Source: Anaerolineae bacterium
GTDB taxonomy: Bacteria > Chloroflexota > Anaerolineae > S140-20
Length of the DNA: 44,704 nt
NCBI GenBank assembly: GCA_034435435.1
Contig: DAOTXN010000147.1
Location: 1 to 44,704, forward strand
Direction of reading: 5' to 3'
Positions 36,316 through 44,280 of the stretch are shown here, piece after piece. The notes beneath the pieces are model-generated. The model worked only from the letters and a program-made list of their open reading frames with translations, made no database searches and was not told the origin of the DNA. Position 1 is the first letter of the stretch, and each line of letters starts with the position of its first letter. The translations under genes were made by a program, and so were the position numbers.

Positions 36316-36655
36316 AGACCCCTTCCCTGCGCTGCGATGCCACCGGCAAAAAGTCTGACGGATGGTTGAGCAGCAAGACCACGCGCGCGGGCTGGAACAC
36401 GCTGATGGTTTGAAGCAAGGGTTCAATGGAATGGCCCACCGGAAAGGCCAGAGTATCGCAAGCGGGGAATTCCAACGCGCCGCGCTGTTCGGCGTAGCAC
36501 AGCTCGGCCGGCAGCAGGTGTTCTACGTACCAGGCCATGCGCTCGGCCAGGGCGCCGCCGCATTGCCAGTATTGTTGTGTGCGCTCGCGCAGCGCGGCGA
36601 TGCTCAAGTCGCCGCAGGCCGCGTGAGAGGCCCACCATCGGAATGAGGAGTGCAT
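36314..36655 (-). CDS. Hypothetical 113-aa protein, first gene of the minus-strand cas operon
   Basis: ORF with RBS AGGAGA. 2-bp overlap with the cas6 start. No assignable motif. Confidence 0.3.
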   Translation of the reverse strand: MHSSFRWWASHAACGDLSIAALRERTQQYWQCGGALAERMAWYVEHLLPAELCYAEQRGALEFPACDTLAFPVGHSIEPLLQTISVFQPARVVLLLNHPSDFLPVASQRREGV

Positions 36656-36659
36656 TCCC

Positions 36660-37050
36660 GCTGTGTTCTCCTGTGCATCGTTTGTAACGGGACCCGGTTT
36701 GATTTGAAATGTCGTCGTTCGGTTAGAATGCTGTCAGCGCGGCGTCTGGCGCGATGCGGCGAGATGAGGTAAAATGGAATCAGAAAATGGGCCAGCCAGA
36801 CGTTCTTTGGAATGGCTGCTCCCATTGTACCATAATTCCCCGTTTGTGCGCAAGTTTTTGTCAAGCGCGTCACAGGTTCCAACTCTTTCAAACCAACTTT
36901 TTTTTCAACCGAATACAGGCTGTTTTCGTCGCGCTAGATAGAGACAGATAACGACCTGCTTTTGCGGGCGTGACCCCTCTCCCCATGCGCCCACGGTTTT
37001 GTGGCGCGCCGCGCAGCCGTCGCGCGACGGCTGCCCAGTAAAAATGAGGA
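36660..37050. promoter_or_regulatory. AT-richer divergent promoter region between the minus-strand cas operon and the plus-strand gene at 37059
   Basis: Marked local drop in GC (runs such as CAACTTTTTTTTCAACC, GTAAAATGGAATCAG). No long ORFs. Confidence 0.4.
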
Positions 37051-37058
37051 GAGTAGAA

Positions 37059-37997
37059 ATGTCACGTGCGAAAGCAAATGGGCGGCAACGTAGCGTACAC
37101 TGGAGCGCAGGCTTGCTGCGCCAGGCCGTAGAAGCGCTCTACATGCAACTGGTGGGACCGGCGGACGACGGGTGTGACCCAGGAGTCGTGGAGCACATCG
37201 TGCAGACGGGTATGCAGTCCAAGATATTGGAGGCGCTGCGGGGGCGCTATGACCCGGCCGAGGCCGTGCGCGATCTGTGCACGCGCTGCGCCTTTACCGC
37301 GCTGATGGTGCAAGGGCGGCCCCACCGCGAAATCGCCCCGCTGTACCAACGGCTGATCCAGGACACACTGAACCTCATCACCGAACGGGCAGAAGGGATC
37401 GCCCGGCGTACCGGCGAGAACCCGCTGGACGAGGACCCAGGGCTGCTGATCTCGCTGTGCAAGTGCCTGAGTAGCCACACCCTGCGCCAGCCGATAAGCG
37501 CCCACATCACCTGGAAGCTGGGACACTATGAAGGAGCCGTCAGCCGGGCCATGCGCCAGATCGAGAACCTGGCCAGGCACCCGCAGGTCGTGGAAGCCTT
37601 TGCGGCCCACGTGCTCGACTCGGACCTGCCCGGCGTGCTCAAGGCCCAGTTGCTGCAAATGGCGCGAGGCGGCGGGCGCACCGGCGTGAACCCAGAGTGG
37701 GCCATCCGCTTCTTCGTCCTGCCCGGCACGGTGGCGTTCGTCAAGGCCTTCGCCGGCGTCGTGCAGACGGCCCGCACGCTGTACGACGAGGAAACCTACG
37801 CCGGCGTCGCGTGGCGCGGCAAGCGCAAACTGCCCCGCGAGCGTCGCCAGGGCTACGTGGAGGCCGCTAGGCTATGCGACTCACGTAGCGCCCTCCCGCG
37901 GGTGTCCCGTCACTTGCGGGAGGGCGACGCTCGTCAGGAGGTGCGACGATGCACACCCATCCCGACTATTACACGGAACTGGTGCGGCGGCGCGTGA
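37059..37997 (+). CDS. Hypothetical protein, about 312 aa
   Basis: ATG at 37059 (MSRAKANG) preceded by AGGAGAGTAGAA, inside the longer ORF 36999..37997. Confidence 0.4.
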   Translation: MSRAKANGRQRSVHWSAGLLRQAVEALYMQLVGPADDGCDPGVVEHIVQTGMQSKILEALRGRYDPAEAVRDLCTRCAFTALMVQGRPHREIAPLYQRLIQDTLNLITERAEGIARRTGENPLDEDPGLLISLCKCLSSHTLRQPISAHITWKLGHYEGAVSRAMRQIENLARHPQVVEAFAAHVLDSDLPGVLKAQLLQMARGGGRTGVNPEWAIRFFVLPGTVAFVKAFAGVVQTARTLYDEETYAGVAWRGKRKLPRERRQGYVEAARLCDSRSALPRVSRHLREGDARQEVRRCTPIPTITRNWCGGA

Positions 37998-38320
37998 CCG
38001 GCGACCCGCCCCTGACCGCGCGCCAGCAGCACGAGCTGGACCTGCACCTCTACATCTGCGTCGAGTGCAATGACGAATATGCGCGACTCTTGGAAGCGCG
38101 CGCGCCGGCCGCGGCAAAGGCCCTGCGCCGCGACCTGGAGAGTCGCCTGACCGCCGATATGATCACGCCGTACCTGCGCGACCTGGCGCTGACTCTCTTT
38201 GCCGGGCAGCCGTTAACGGATTTTCAGTTGATCGTGTGGGGTTTTGTGCAGCGCGACCCGGAGGCCCTGGGACGCTTTCGCTTGTTAGAGGCCAGCGTGT
38301 GGCTGGAGAGGGATGTGTAG
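37949..38320 (+). CDS. Hypothetical 123-aa protein with a possible zinc-finger (CVECNDEY)
   Basis: ORF overlaps the previous gene's end in another frame. Annotation is weak. Confidence 0.3.
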   Translation: MHTHPDYYTELVRRRVTGDPPLTARQQHELDLHLYICVECNDEYARLLEARAPAAAKALRRDLESRLTADMITPYLRDLALTLFAGQPLTDFQLIVWGFVQRDPEALGRFRLLEASVWLERDV

Positions 38321-38380
38321 CCAGGCAGCGATTTGTGGTATAATCTATGCATCGATGTGAACGCGTATGTGAGGAGGGAT

Positions 38381-38620
38381 GAGATGATCGCCTGGGATGC
38401 CGTTCGATACGTAGTGGGAGCCGATGGCCGTCCCACAGCCGTTCAAATGGATCTGGAATTTTGGCGGCAGATCCTGGCTGTGCTCGAGGATGCTGAGGAC
38501 GTGGAGATAGCGCGGGCGGCGTTGGCCGAATTTGACGCGGCCGGCGGCGATCCAGAAAAAGCAGGTTGGATACTATTGGAGGACCTCGAAAAAGAATGGG
38601 AGATCGATGACGCGCTATAA
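38381..38620 (+). CDS. Type II antitoxin-like small acidic protein, partner of the RelE/ParE toxin
   Basis: Small acidic protein (MIAWDAVRYVV...EDLEKEWEIDDAL) overlapping the toxin start. Extended -10 TGGTATAAT at 38336-38344 upstream. Confidence 0.45.
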   Translation, partial: EMIAWDAVRYVVGADGRPTAVQMDLEFWRQILAVLEDAEDVEIARAALAEFDAAGGDPEKAGWILLEDLEKEWEIDDAL

Positions 38621-38912
38621 GGTCTACGTTCTCCCTTCCGCAGCGAAAGAGATCGATCGTCTACCGGGCCACATTCGACAACGCGTGCGTCAGGCAGTAA
38701 AGGAACTAGCCCGAGATGTTTATCCGCCGCGCAGCAAACGTTTGGACTACGAGCTCAAGTCTGGATGGGAGCTTGGGCGCTTGCGCCTGGAAAGCTGGCG
38801 CTTGGTTTACGTGATTGACCGAGAGTGGGATCGCGTATTTGTGTTGACCGTCCGCAGGCGACCGCCCTATCAGTACGACGACCTGGATCAGCTTCTATCA
38901 GACGTAGAATAG
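38607..38912 (+). CDS. RelE/ParE-family toxin
   Basis: MTRYKVYVLPSAAKEIDRLPGHIRQRVRQAVKELARDVYPPRSKRLDYELKSGWELGRLRLESWRLVYVIDREWDRVFVLTVRRR matches the RelE/ParE fold signature (..K.L..L.......I...I..L...P.....K.L.G.L....RLR.G.YR..Y.ID.....V.VL.V.HR). Confidence 0.6.
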   Translation: MTRYKVYVLPSAAKEIDRLPGHIRQRVRQAVKELARDVYPPRSKRLDYELKSGWELGRLRLESWRLVYVIDREWDRVFVLTVRRRPPYQYDDLDQLLSDVE

Positions 38913-38974
38913 CCCATTGAAAAAATACGCATCTTTGCGTGGCGCCCGTCCCTGGCTGGGACGGGCGCTTGTGT

Positions 38975-39370
38975 TTAGCGCTGGCGCACCTGTCGCCCGA
39001 CGAGGCCGCGCTCGTTCTGTTCCACGCAGCACGTGACCGGCATGCCCACGTAGGGTGTGATGCGCTCTGCCAGGTCGGAGACGTGGAAAAAGATGCGCGG
39101 ACCGCCGTTCTCGATGAACCCGTAGCCGCGGTCGGGAAAGTAGGCGCTCACCACGCCCGTGGCCACCTCCAGCGGAGGCTGGCCCAGTGCGTTACACATC
39201 GGGCACAGGTAGCGCACCGTGTTCCAGCTCGGGTTGGTCCCGGCCAGCACCATGTGTACGCCCGGATGGCGTGGGCAGCGTGGGTTGGGGTTGCGCCCTG
39301 TCCCAGACGACTGGCGATGCTGCGGCGGGCGCTCGGCCGGACGCCGATAGTCGATCTTGAGCTGTCGCAT
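38975..39370 (-). CDS. Cold-shock-domain protein with an N-terminal basic/Pro-rich region and a Cys pair (CPMC), 131 aa
   Basis: C-terminal TGVVSAYFPDRGYGFIENGGPRIFFHVSDLAERITPYVGMPVTCCVEQNERGLVGRQV matches the CspA-type CSD pattern. RBS AGGAGGAGGAACATG. Confidence 0.55.
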   Translation of the reverse strand: MRQLKIDYRRPAERPPQHRQSSGTGRNPNPRCPRHPGVHMVLAGTNPSWNTVRYLCPMCNALGQPPLEVATGVVSAYFPDRGYGFIENGGPRIFFHVSDLAERITPYVGMPVTCCVEQNERGLVGRQVRQR

Positions 39371-39450
39371 GTTCCTCCTCCTGTTTCGTTTTCCCGTGAT
39401 AGGTATCGATCTTGCATCTCTTGTAACGAAAGGATTAGGGTTGCGAATGG

Positions 39451-39479
39451 TTGCGGTTCCTTTTCGAGTGTGCTACAAT
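39451..39479 (+). promoter_or_regulatory. Sigma70-like promoter: -35 TTGCGG, 17-bp spacer, extended -10 TGCTACAAT, upstream of the DUF433 gene
   Basis: Read from the sequence. 33 bp upstream of ATG 39512. Confidence 0.45.
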
Positions 39480-39511
39480 GACCACAGATTTGAATTTTCA
39501 GGAGAAAGCGC

Positions 39512-39880
39512 ATGACTGAAGCAGCGGCCGATGTTCAAGTGGTGGTGGAGCGGTTAAGCTCACTGGAGGAGCAAGTTCGCCAATTGCAGGAGCTTGTATC
39601 CAGCCGGTGGGCTCCCAGGTCGGTGGGTACTTCCACTGAACATCCCCACGTCACGCGGGTGGACACTATCTTGGGCGGTGAACCGATCATCAGGAGCACC
39701 CGTACTCCTGTGCGGGCGGTGGCCGAGCACTGGAAATTCGGCGATGCACCCGAAGAGATAGCCCGCAAGCTGCCCCACCTGCAACTGGCTCAGATTTTTG
39801 ATGCCCTGAGCTATTATGACGACCACCGGGACGAAATTGAGCGCTATATCGCCCTGAACCGCGTACCGCTCCATGACTGA
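39512..39880 (+). CDS. DUF433-family protein (antitoxin-like, usually paired with a DUF5615/PIN-like partner that is absent here)
   Basis: ILGGEPIIRSTRTPVRAVAEHWKFGDAPEEIARKLPHLQLAQIFDALSYYDDHRDEIERYI matches the DUF433 signature (GG.P.I.GTRI.V..V.....G...EEI....P.L....I..AL.YY). Confidence 0.55.
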   Translation: MTEAAADVQVVVERLSSLEEQVRQLQELVSSRWAPRSVGTSTEHPHVTRVDTILGGEPIIRSTRTPVRAVAEHWKFGDAPEEIARKLPHLQLAQIFDALSYYDDHRDEIERYIALNRVPLHD

Positions 39881-40033
39881 GCGCGCCGATCCTGACTTGC
39901 AGGCCCTTTACCTCTAGCAACCCGTCGGAGAACCCTGTAGCATAGGGCCTTGCGCCCGTTTTGCTTGCGCCCGTTTTGCGCCCACGAGGGGCTAAATTAC
40001 ATCTCCCCGACAGGCTGCTGACCAGCCGCCCAA

Positions 40034-40066
40034 CCGACCACACCTTTGAGGCGTGGTCGGTTTTTT
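40034..40066 (+). terminator. Rho-independent terminator CGACCAC-acctttgaggc-GTGGTCG followed by GTTTTTTCG
   Basis: Stem plus T6 tract read from the sequence, downstream of the DUF433 gene. Confidence 0.55.
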
Positions 40067-40125
40067 CGTTATCCCAGGTGGACCCATTTGACCGTTGGCA
40101 AAAGACGCTCCTCAGGAGGCGTGTG

Positions 40126-41277
40126 ATGCTCTCGAATAACTGCTTGACCGATAGCGTTCAGGATGTGCCCCAAGCCCTCATCCGCGCATTGCTCCGCCAC
40201 CCGCGCGCGCTGCAATCCGCGCTGACCGAGGCCGGCCTGGCCCCTCACGACCTGGCGATCTGGGCCAGGGGGCAAGGCGATCTGGCCGACGTGGAAAAAG
40301 TGGCCGGTTGGCTGGCGGTGAGCCAGCGCCCCGGCGCCTATAAACCCCTGCTGGAGGTGGCCGGCAGCCACCTGCGCGCCGGCGACCTGGAAGCCGCCTT
40401 GCCGGTGTTCCGCTGGGCGTACCAGGCCTGGCAAGCGGCCCCCGGTTGGCGCGCCGCGCACCGCTACGACGGGGCCAAGCTGCTGGCGCTGTGGGGCGAG
40501 TGCCTCTATCGGCTGGACCAATCCGCCGAGGCGCAACAGCGCTGGCTGTGGGCGCTGGACGTGGCGCCCGACGCCGAGACGCTTACCCGCCTGGCCCGGG
40601 CCATCGAGCGGGCCGAGGCCGGAGACGCATACGCCGTCGTACTGAGCGAAGCCGTGCGCCGCCGCCTGCCCGGCGCCGCCGCGCTGCAGGAGCGCTGGGA
40701 GCGCATCAACGCCCTCACCGCCGTGGAGAGCGACGCATCCGACGCCAAAGCGCCCCAGCCCCAATTATCATCCCGAGCTCGTCGAGGGACTACCGCCGTT
40801 CTGGCCGATGTGGCCAACCTGGACCTGGTGTGCGGCGAGCAATTCGGCTACGGGCGACGGCTGGATTATGGCCGCCTGCTGCAAGCCGCTGAGCATTACG
40901 GCCCGGTCGTGATCAAGCTGGCCTGTGTACCCAACGTGCCCGACACGCTGGATGTGCGCGAACACCTGATCCAGGCCGGCTTTGAGATTGACCTCAAGCG
41001 CCCCAAGCGCAGCCACGGGCGCATCGTCGCCAACGCCGACACGGCCATGGCTGCCTTTGCTGTGCGCTGGGCCAGCGACCCGCAAATCGAGCGACTCGAG
41101 CTATGGACCGGCGACGGCGACTTTGTCAAAGTGCGCGAGGTGGTGACGCAGGCATGGCCGGAAGTCGCCGTGGCCTTTCGGAGCTTCGAGATCGGCACGG
41201 CGGCTGAAATCCGCCAGTTGGAGCAGGATTGGCTTCCTATCGGGGTGGAATACCTGCAAAACCTTCCAGGTTTCTGA
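40126..41277 (+). CDS. Protein with an N-terminal helical/TPR-like region and a C-terminal NYN (LabA-like) nuclease domain, about 383 aa
   Basis: C-terminal TAVLADVANLDL...RLDYGRLLQAAEHYGPVVIKLACVPN...IQAGFEIDLKRPKRSHGRIVANADTAMAAFAVRWASDPQIERLELWTGDGDFVKVREVV matches NYN/LabA. ATG 40126 preceded by CAGGAGGCGTGTG. Confidence 0.55.
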   Translation: MLSNNCLTDSVQDVPQALIRALLRHPRALQSALTEAGLAPHDLAIWARGQGDLADVEKVAGWLAVSQRPGAYKPLLEVAGSHLRAGDLEAALPVFRWAYQAWQAAPGWRAAHRYDGAKLLALWGECLYRLDQSAEAQQRWLWALDVAPDAETLTRLARAIERAEAGDAYAVVLSEAVRRRLPGAAALQERWERINALTAVESDASDAKAPQPQLSSRARRGTTAVLADVANLDLVCGEQFGYGRRLDYGRLLQAAEHYGPVVIKLACVPNVPDTLDVREHLIQAGFEIDLKRPKRSHGRIVANADTAMAAFAVRWASDPQIERLELWTGDGDFVKVREVVTQAWPEVAVAFRSFEIGTAAEIRQLEQDWLPIGVEYLQNLPGF

Positions 41278-41293
41278 GACCTGGAAGGTTTTC
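41261..41293 (+). terminator. Hairpin ACCTTCCAGGT-ttctgag-ACCTGGAAGGT followed by TTTTCG. The NYN gene stop codon sits in the loop.
   Basis: 11-bp perfect stem plus T-tract read from the sequence. Confidence 0.5.
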
Positions 41294-41342
41294 GTTATAC
41301 CAAATAGCAGCCCATTTCGACCATCTGATAGGAGGAAGAACT

Positions 41343-42002
41343 ATGAATCCCCAAGACGCCCGGCTGTTGGCCGAAAAGGTGGTGCGCGAGTTGTACCGCA
41401 TCGCCCAGGGCTACGGCAAGGAGCATCCCTTCCGCTTCGAAGACCTGGCTCACGACTTTGCGGTGATGCTAGACCGGAACGTCCTGCACGTCGTTTCGCT
41501 CAAGTTCTACCGCTCCAATGGGAACCGCGACGTGTTGGTGGAATACACCTACGAGCTGCACGCCGGCCGCCCGCACTTTCACCTGGATGACGCGCAAGGG
41601 CTGGGCATCGCGCCGCTCAGTCCGCCCTTCGAGATGGCGCTGATCGTCAACCGCGACCCGCAGGGCGGAGCCTACGAAGGGCAACTGCGGCTCAAGTGGG
41701 GCGACGCGCCCAACTATGCCCGGCGCGGCGGCTTTGAGCACCAGGACGGCAACACAGCGCAGCGCACTGGGGGACGGGCCAGCAAGCGGGTCTACATGGA
41801 CCATGGCCTGCGCCGCCAGGGCCAGGTCAAGTTCTTCCGAGCCGAGCAGAGCTACGGGTTCATCGCCGGCGCGGACGGGATAGACGTGTTCTTTCACGCC
41901 AGCAACGCCGACGGGTTCCAGCCGCGCAAAGGCCAGCGGGTAACTTACCTGCCGCTAGTGACGCCGCGCGGCATCCAGGCCAAGGACGTGCGGCTGGCGT
42001 GA
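41343..42002 (+). CDS. Protein with an unknown N-terminal domain (~150 aa) and a C-terminal cold-shock domain, about 219 aa
   Basis: C-terminal GQVKFFRAEQSYGFIAGADGIDVFFHASNADGFQPRKGQRVTYLPLVTPRGIQAKDVRL matches the CSD pattern. RBS GATAGGAGGAAGAACTATG. Confidence 0.55.
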   Translation: MNPQDARLLAEKVVRELYRIAQGYGKEHPFRFEDLAHDFAVMLDRNVLHVVSLKFYRSNGNRDVLVEYTYELHAGRPHFHLDDAQGLGIAPLSPPFEMALIVNRDPQGGAYEGQLRLKWGDAPNYARRGGFEHQDGNTAQRTGGRASKRVYMDHGLRRQGQVKFFRAEQSYGFIAGADGIDVFFHASNADGFQPRKGQRVTYLPLVTPRGIQAKDVRLA

Positions 42003-42022
42003 GGAGCGCCGAAGGACGGATG

Positions 42023-42499
42023 ACGATGGACCACGAGACCTATTACTACTGCGACGCTTCGATTGACGCGCTGATGCGCTGCACCGGCGTGGCGGTGGTG
42101 GTGCGCGACGGCGGGGGGCGTATCCTGGACGCAGCCAGTTGTTGCCTGGAAGGGATGACCAACAACGAGGCTGAGTACGAGGCGCTCATTCTGGGTATCG
42201 AGCTGGCGCTCTCACGCGCTGAAGCCGCCGAACGGGTGGCGCTGCTCACCGACAGCCAGATCGTGGTGGGGCAGATGGCGCGCCAGTTTGCGGTGCGCGA
42301 CCGCAAGCTGGCCCCACGCCACGAGCAGGCCTCGCGCCTGCTGGCCCAATTGCCCGGCGCAACGTTGATGTTCATCCCCCGCGAGCGCAATTGGCTGGCC
42401 GACGCGCTGGCCACCGAGGCGATGGAAACCGGGTTAGAAAAAGACCTGCCAGGTTTTGGAAACCTGGCAGGTCTGGGAGGGGAGGATGACGCTGTTTGA
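42023..42499 (+). CDS. Stand-alone RNase H (RNase HI-like) domain protein, about 158 aa
   Basis: YYYCDASID...DGGGRILDAASCCLEGMTNNEAEYEALILGIELAL...ALLTDSQIVVGQM matches the RNase H type 1 D-E-D core (D..S, NN.AEY.AL, TDS). RBS GAGGAG upstream. 14-bp overlap with the RT gene start. Confidence 0.6.
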   Translation, partial: TMDHETYYYCDASIDALMRCTGVAVVVRDGGGRILDAASCCLEGMTNNEAEYEALILGIELALSRAEAAERVALLTDSQIVVGQMARQFAVRDRKLAPRHEQASRLLAQLPGATLMFIPRERNWLADALATEAMETGLEKDLPGFGNLAGLGGEDDAV

Positions 42500-43346
42500 G
42501 GCGGTGTGCGACAGCTATAACCTGGACCAGGCCTGGATGGCGGTGCGGGGCAAGCGCACACTGGCCGCCCGGCAGCAAGGGGCCGGGGTAGATGGTGTGA
42601 CGGTGGCCGATTGGGAGCAAAACTGGCCCGCTCGCCTGCGAGCTTTGCAGACCGCCTTGCTGGAGGGCGCATATCACCCCAGCTCGCTGCTGTGGTTCGA
42701 CGCGCCGCGCCGCCCCCCCCTCAATCCCGCCCGCTCGCGGGGGGGAAGTAAAGGTAAGCGCCGCCTGGGCATCCCCACCGTGACCGACCGGGTGGCTCAA
42801 CGGGCCGTTCTGCGCGTGCTGGAACCGCTCTGGGAAGACGTATTCCTCTCGTGCAGCCACGGCTTTCGGCCGGGACGCTCGGTGTTCACTGCTGTGGCCC
42901 ACGTGCTGTGGCACGCGGCGCGGGGGTTGCGCTGGGTGGCCGACGCCGACATCGCATCCTTCTTTGATACGATCTCGCACGAGCGCTTGTTGCGCCAACT
43001 GGCGGCTCTGGACGACGAGCGAGTGCTGAGCTTGCTGGCGGGCTGGCTGGCGGTGGGCGCGGCAGCGCCGGGGCGAGGCGTGGCGCAGGGCGCGGTGATC
43101 AGTCCGTTGCTGGCCAACGTTTACCTGCACCCATTCGACGCGGCGCTGGTGCAGGCGGGTTGGGCGCCAGTGCGCTATGCCGACGATGTGGTGGTGCTGT
43201 GCGCCGACCCCGACCAGGCGCTGCAAGCCCTGGCCCACGTCAACCAGGCCCTGGCGGACCTGGACCTGGCGCTGAACGAGGCCAAGACGGCGGTTGTGCC
43301 GTTCGGGCCCGGGTTCAGCTTTCTCGGAGCGACGTTTGATGACTGA
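42486..43346 (+). CDS. Reverse transcriptase (group II intron-like RT domain only; the Cas1-associated RT encoded separately from Cas1), about 286 aa
   Basis: RT motifs LGIPTVTDRVAQRAVLRVLEPLWEDVFLSCSHGFRPGRS and the catalytic YADDVVVLC. RBS GGGAGGGGAGGATG. Stop TGA at 43344-43346, 12 bp before the cas1 ATG. Confidence 0.65.
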   Translation: MTLFEAVCDSYNLDQAWMAVRGKRTLAARQQGAGVDGVTVADWEQNWPARLRALQTALLEGAYHPSSLLWFDAPRRPPLNPARSRGGSKGKRRLGIPTVTDRVAQRAVLRVLEPLWEDVFLSCSHGFRPGRSVFTAVAHVLWHAARGLRWVADADIASFFDTISHERLLRQLAALDDERVLSLLAGWLAVGAAAPGRGVAQGAVISPLLANVYLHPFDAALVQAGWAPVRYADDVVVLCADPDQALQALAHVNQALADLDLALNEAKTAVVPFGPGFSFLGATFDD

Positions 43347-43358
43347 AGGGGGTGAACC

Positions 43359-44222
43359 ATGACCCGACTGATCGTGGACACGCAAGGGGCGCGGCTGCGC
43401 AAGGTGGGCGAGCGGCTGGCCGGGCCGCTGTCCAAGCACAGCGCGCTGCGCGCCCGCCAGACGCTGGCGGCGAGCGACCCGGCCCAGGCGCTGCCGGTGG
43501 CGCGGGCCATGGTGGCCGGCAAGCTGCGCAACCAGGCCACGGTGCTGCGCCGGTACGTTGCAGATAGCGACGAGCGCGTGCAGCGGGCGGTGGAGATCAT
43601 CGCGGCGCAGGTGGAACGGGCAGGCCAGGCGGCCGACCTGGAGACGCTGCGCGGGCACGAAGGCAGCGGGGCGGCGGCCTACTTTCGGGCCTGGCCGGCC
43701 CTGTTCGACGCCGAGCGCTGGCGCTTCCACGGGCGGGCCTACTATCCACCGCCCGACCCGCTGAACGCTATGCTCAGCCTCACTTGCCCTGGCGGGCAGT
43801 GCCAGGGGGGCTACACGCTGCTGCTCAACGACGTGGTCAGCGCAGTGTATCGCATCGGCCTGGACCCCGACATCGGCTTTTTCCACGCGCTTGACTATGG
43901 GCGGCCCTCGCTGGCGCTGGACCTGGAGGAGGAGTTCCGGCCGGTCATCGTGGACACGCTGGCCCTGAGCCTTGTGCGCAACCAGGTGCTCGAGCCGGGC
44001 GACTTTCGGCAGGAGGAGGGCGAGCGGCCCCGGGCGCTGATGACCGACGACGCGCGGCGTTTCTTCATCCAGAGCTACGAGGAGCGCATGGGGGTGCGGG
44101 TGCGGCATCCGGCGTGGGAGCAGATGCTCACCTACCGCCAGTGCATCGAGCGGCAGGTGGAGCACCTGGCCCGTTGCATCCTGGGGCGCGACGCGACCTA
44201 CGATCCGTTGCTGATCCAGTGA
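43359..44222 (+). CDS. cas1: Cas1 integrase (287 aa; the N-terminal beta-sandwich domain appears shortened)
   Basis: Catalytic-domain motif GFFHALDYGRPSLALDLEEEFRPVIVDTLALSLV (Cas1 E/H/E region). RBS GGGGGTGAACCATG. Confidence 0.7.
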   Translation: MTRLIVDTQGARLRKVGERLAGPLSKHSALRARQTLAASDPAQALPVARAMVAGKLRNQATVLRRYVADSDERVQRAVEIIAAQVERAGQAADLETLRGHEGSGAAAYFRAWPALFDAERWRFHGRAYYPPPDPLNAMLSLTCPGGQCQGGYTLLLNDVVSAVYRIGLDPDIGFFHALDYGRPSLALDLEEEFRPVIVDTLALSLVRNQVLEPGDFRQEEGERPRALMTDDARRFFIQSYEERMGVRVRHPAWEQMLTYRQCIERQVEHLARCILGRDATYDPLLIQ

Positions 44223-44280
44223 AACGTGAGGCGCGAGCTACGTTTCACGTCCCTTTGGGACGCACCACGGAGGAAGGGCC

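Noticed and set aside
36660-37050. Possible CRISPR array in the AT-richer region upstream of cas6
   Set aside because: No direct repeats of 24-40 bp with regular spacing. The sequence is unique and fits a divergent promoter region.
43352-43764. 71-aa and 68-aa + strand ORFs overlapping the cas1 5' region
   Set aside because: Wrong-frame Ala/Gly/Arg-rich translations inside cas1. They could matter only if a frameshift separates RT and Cas1, and that cannot be judged without reads.
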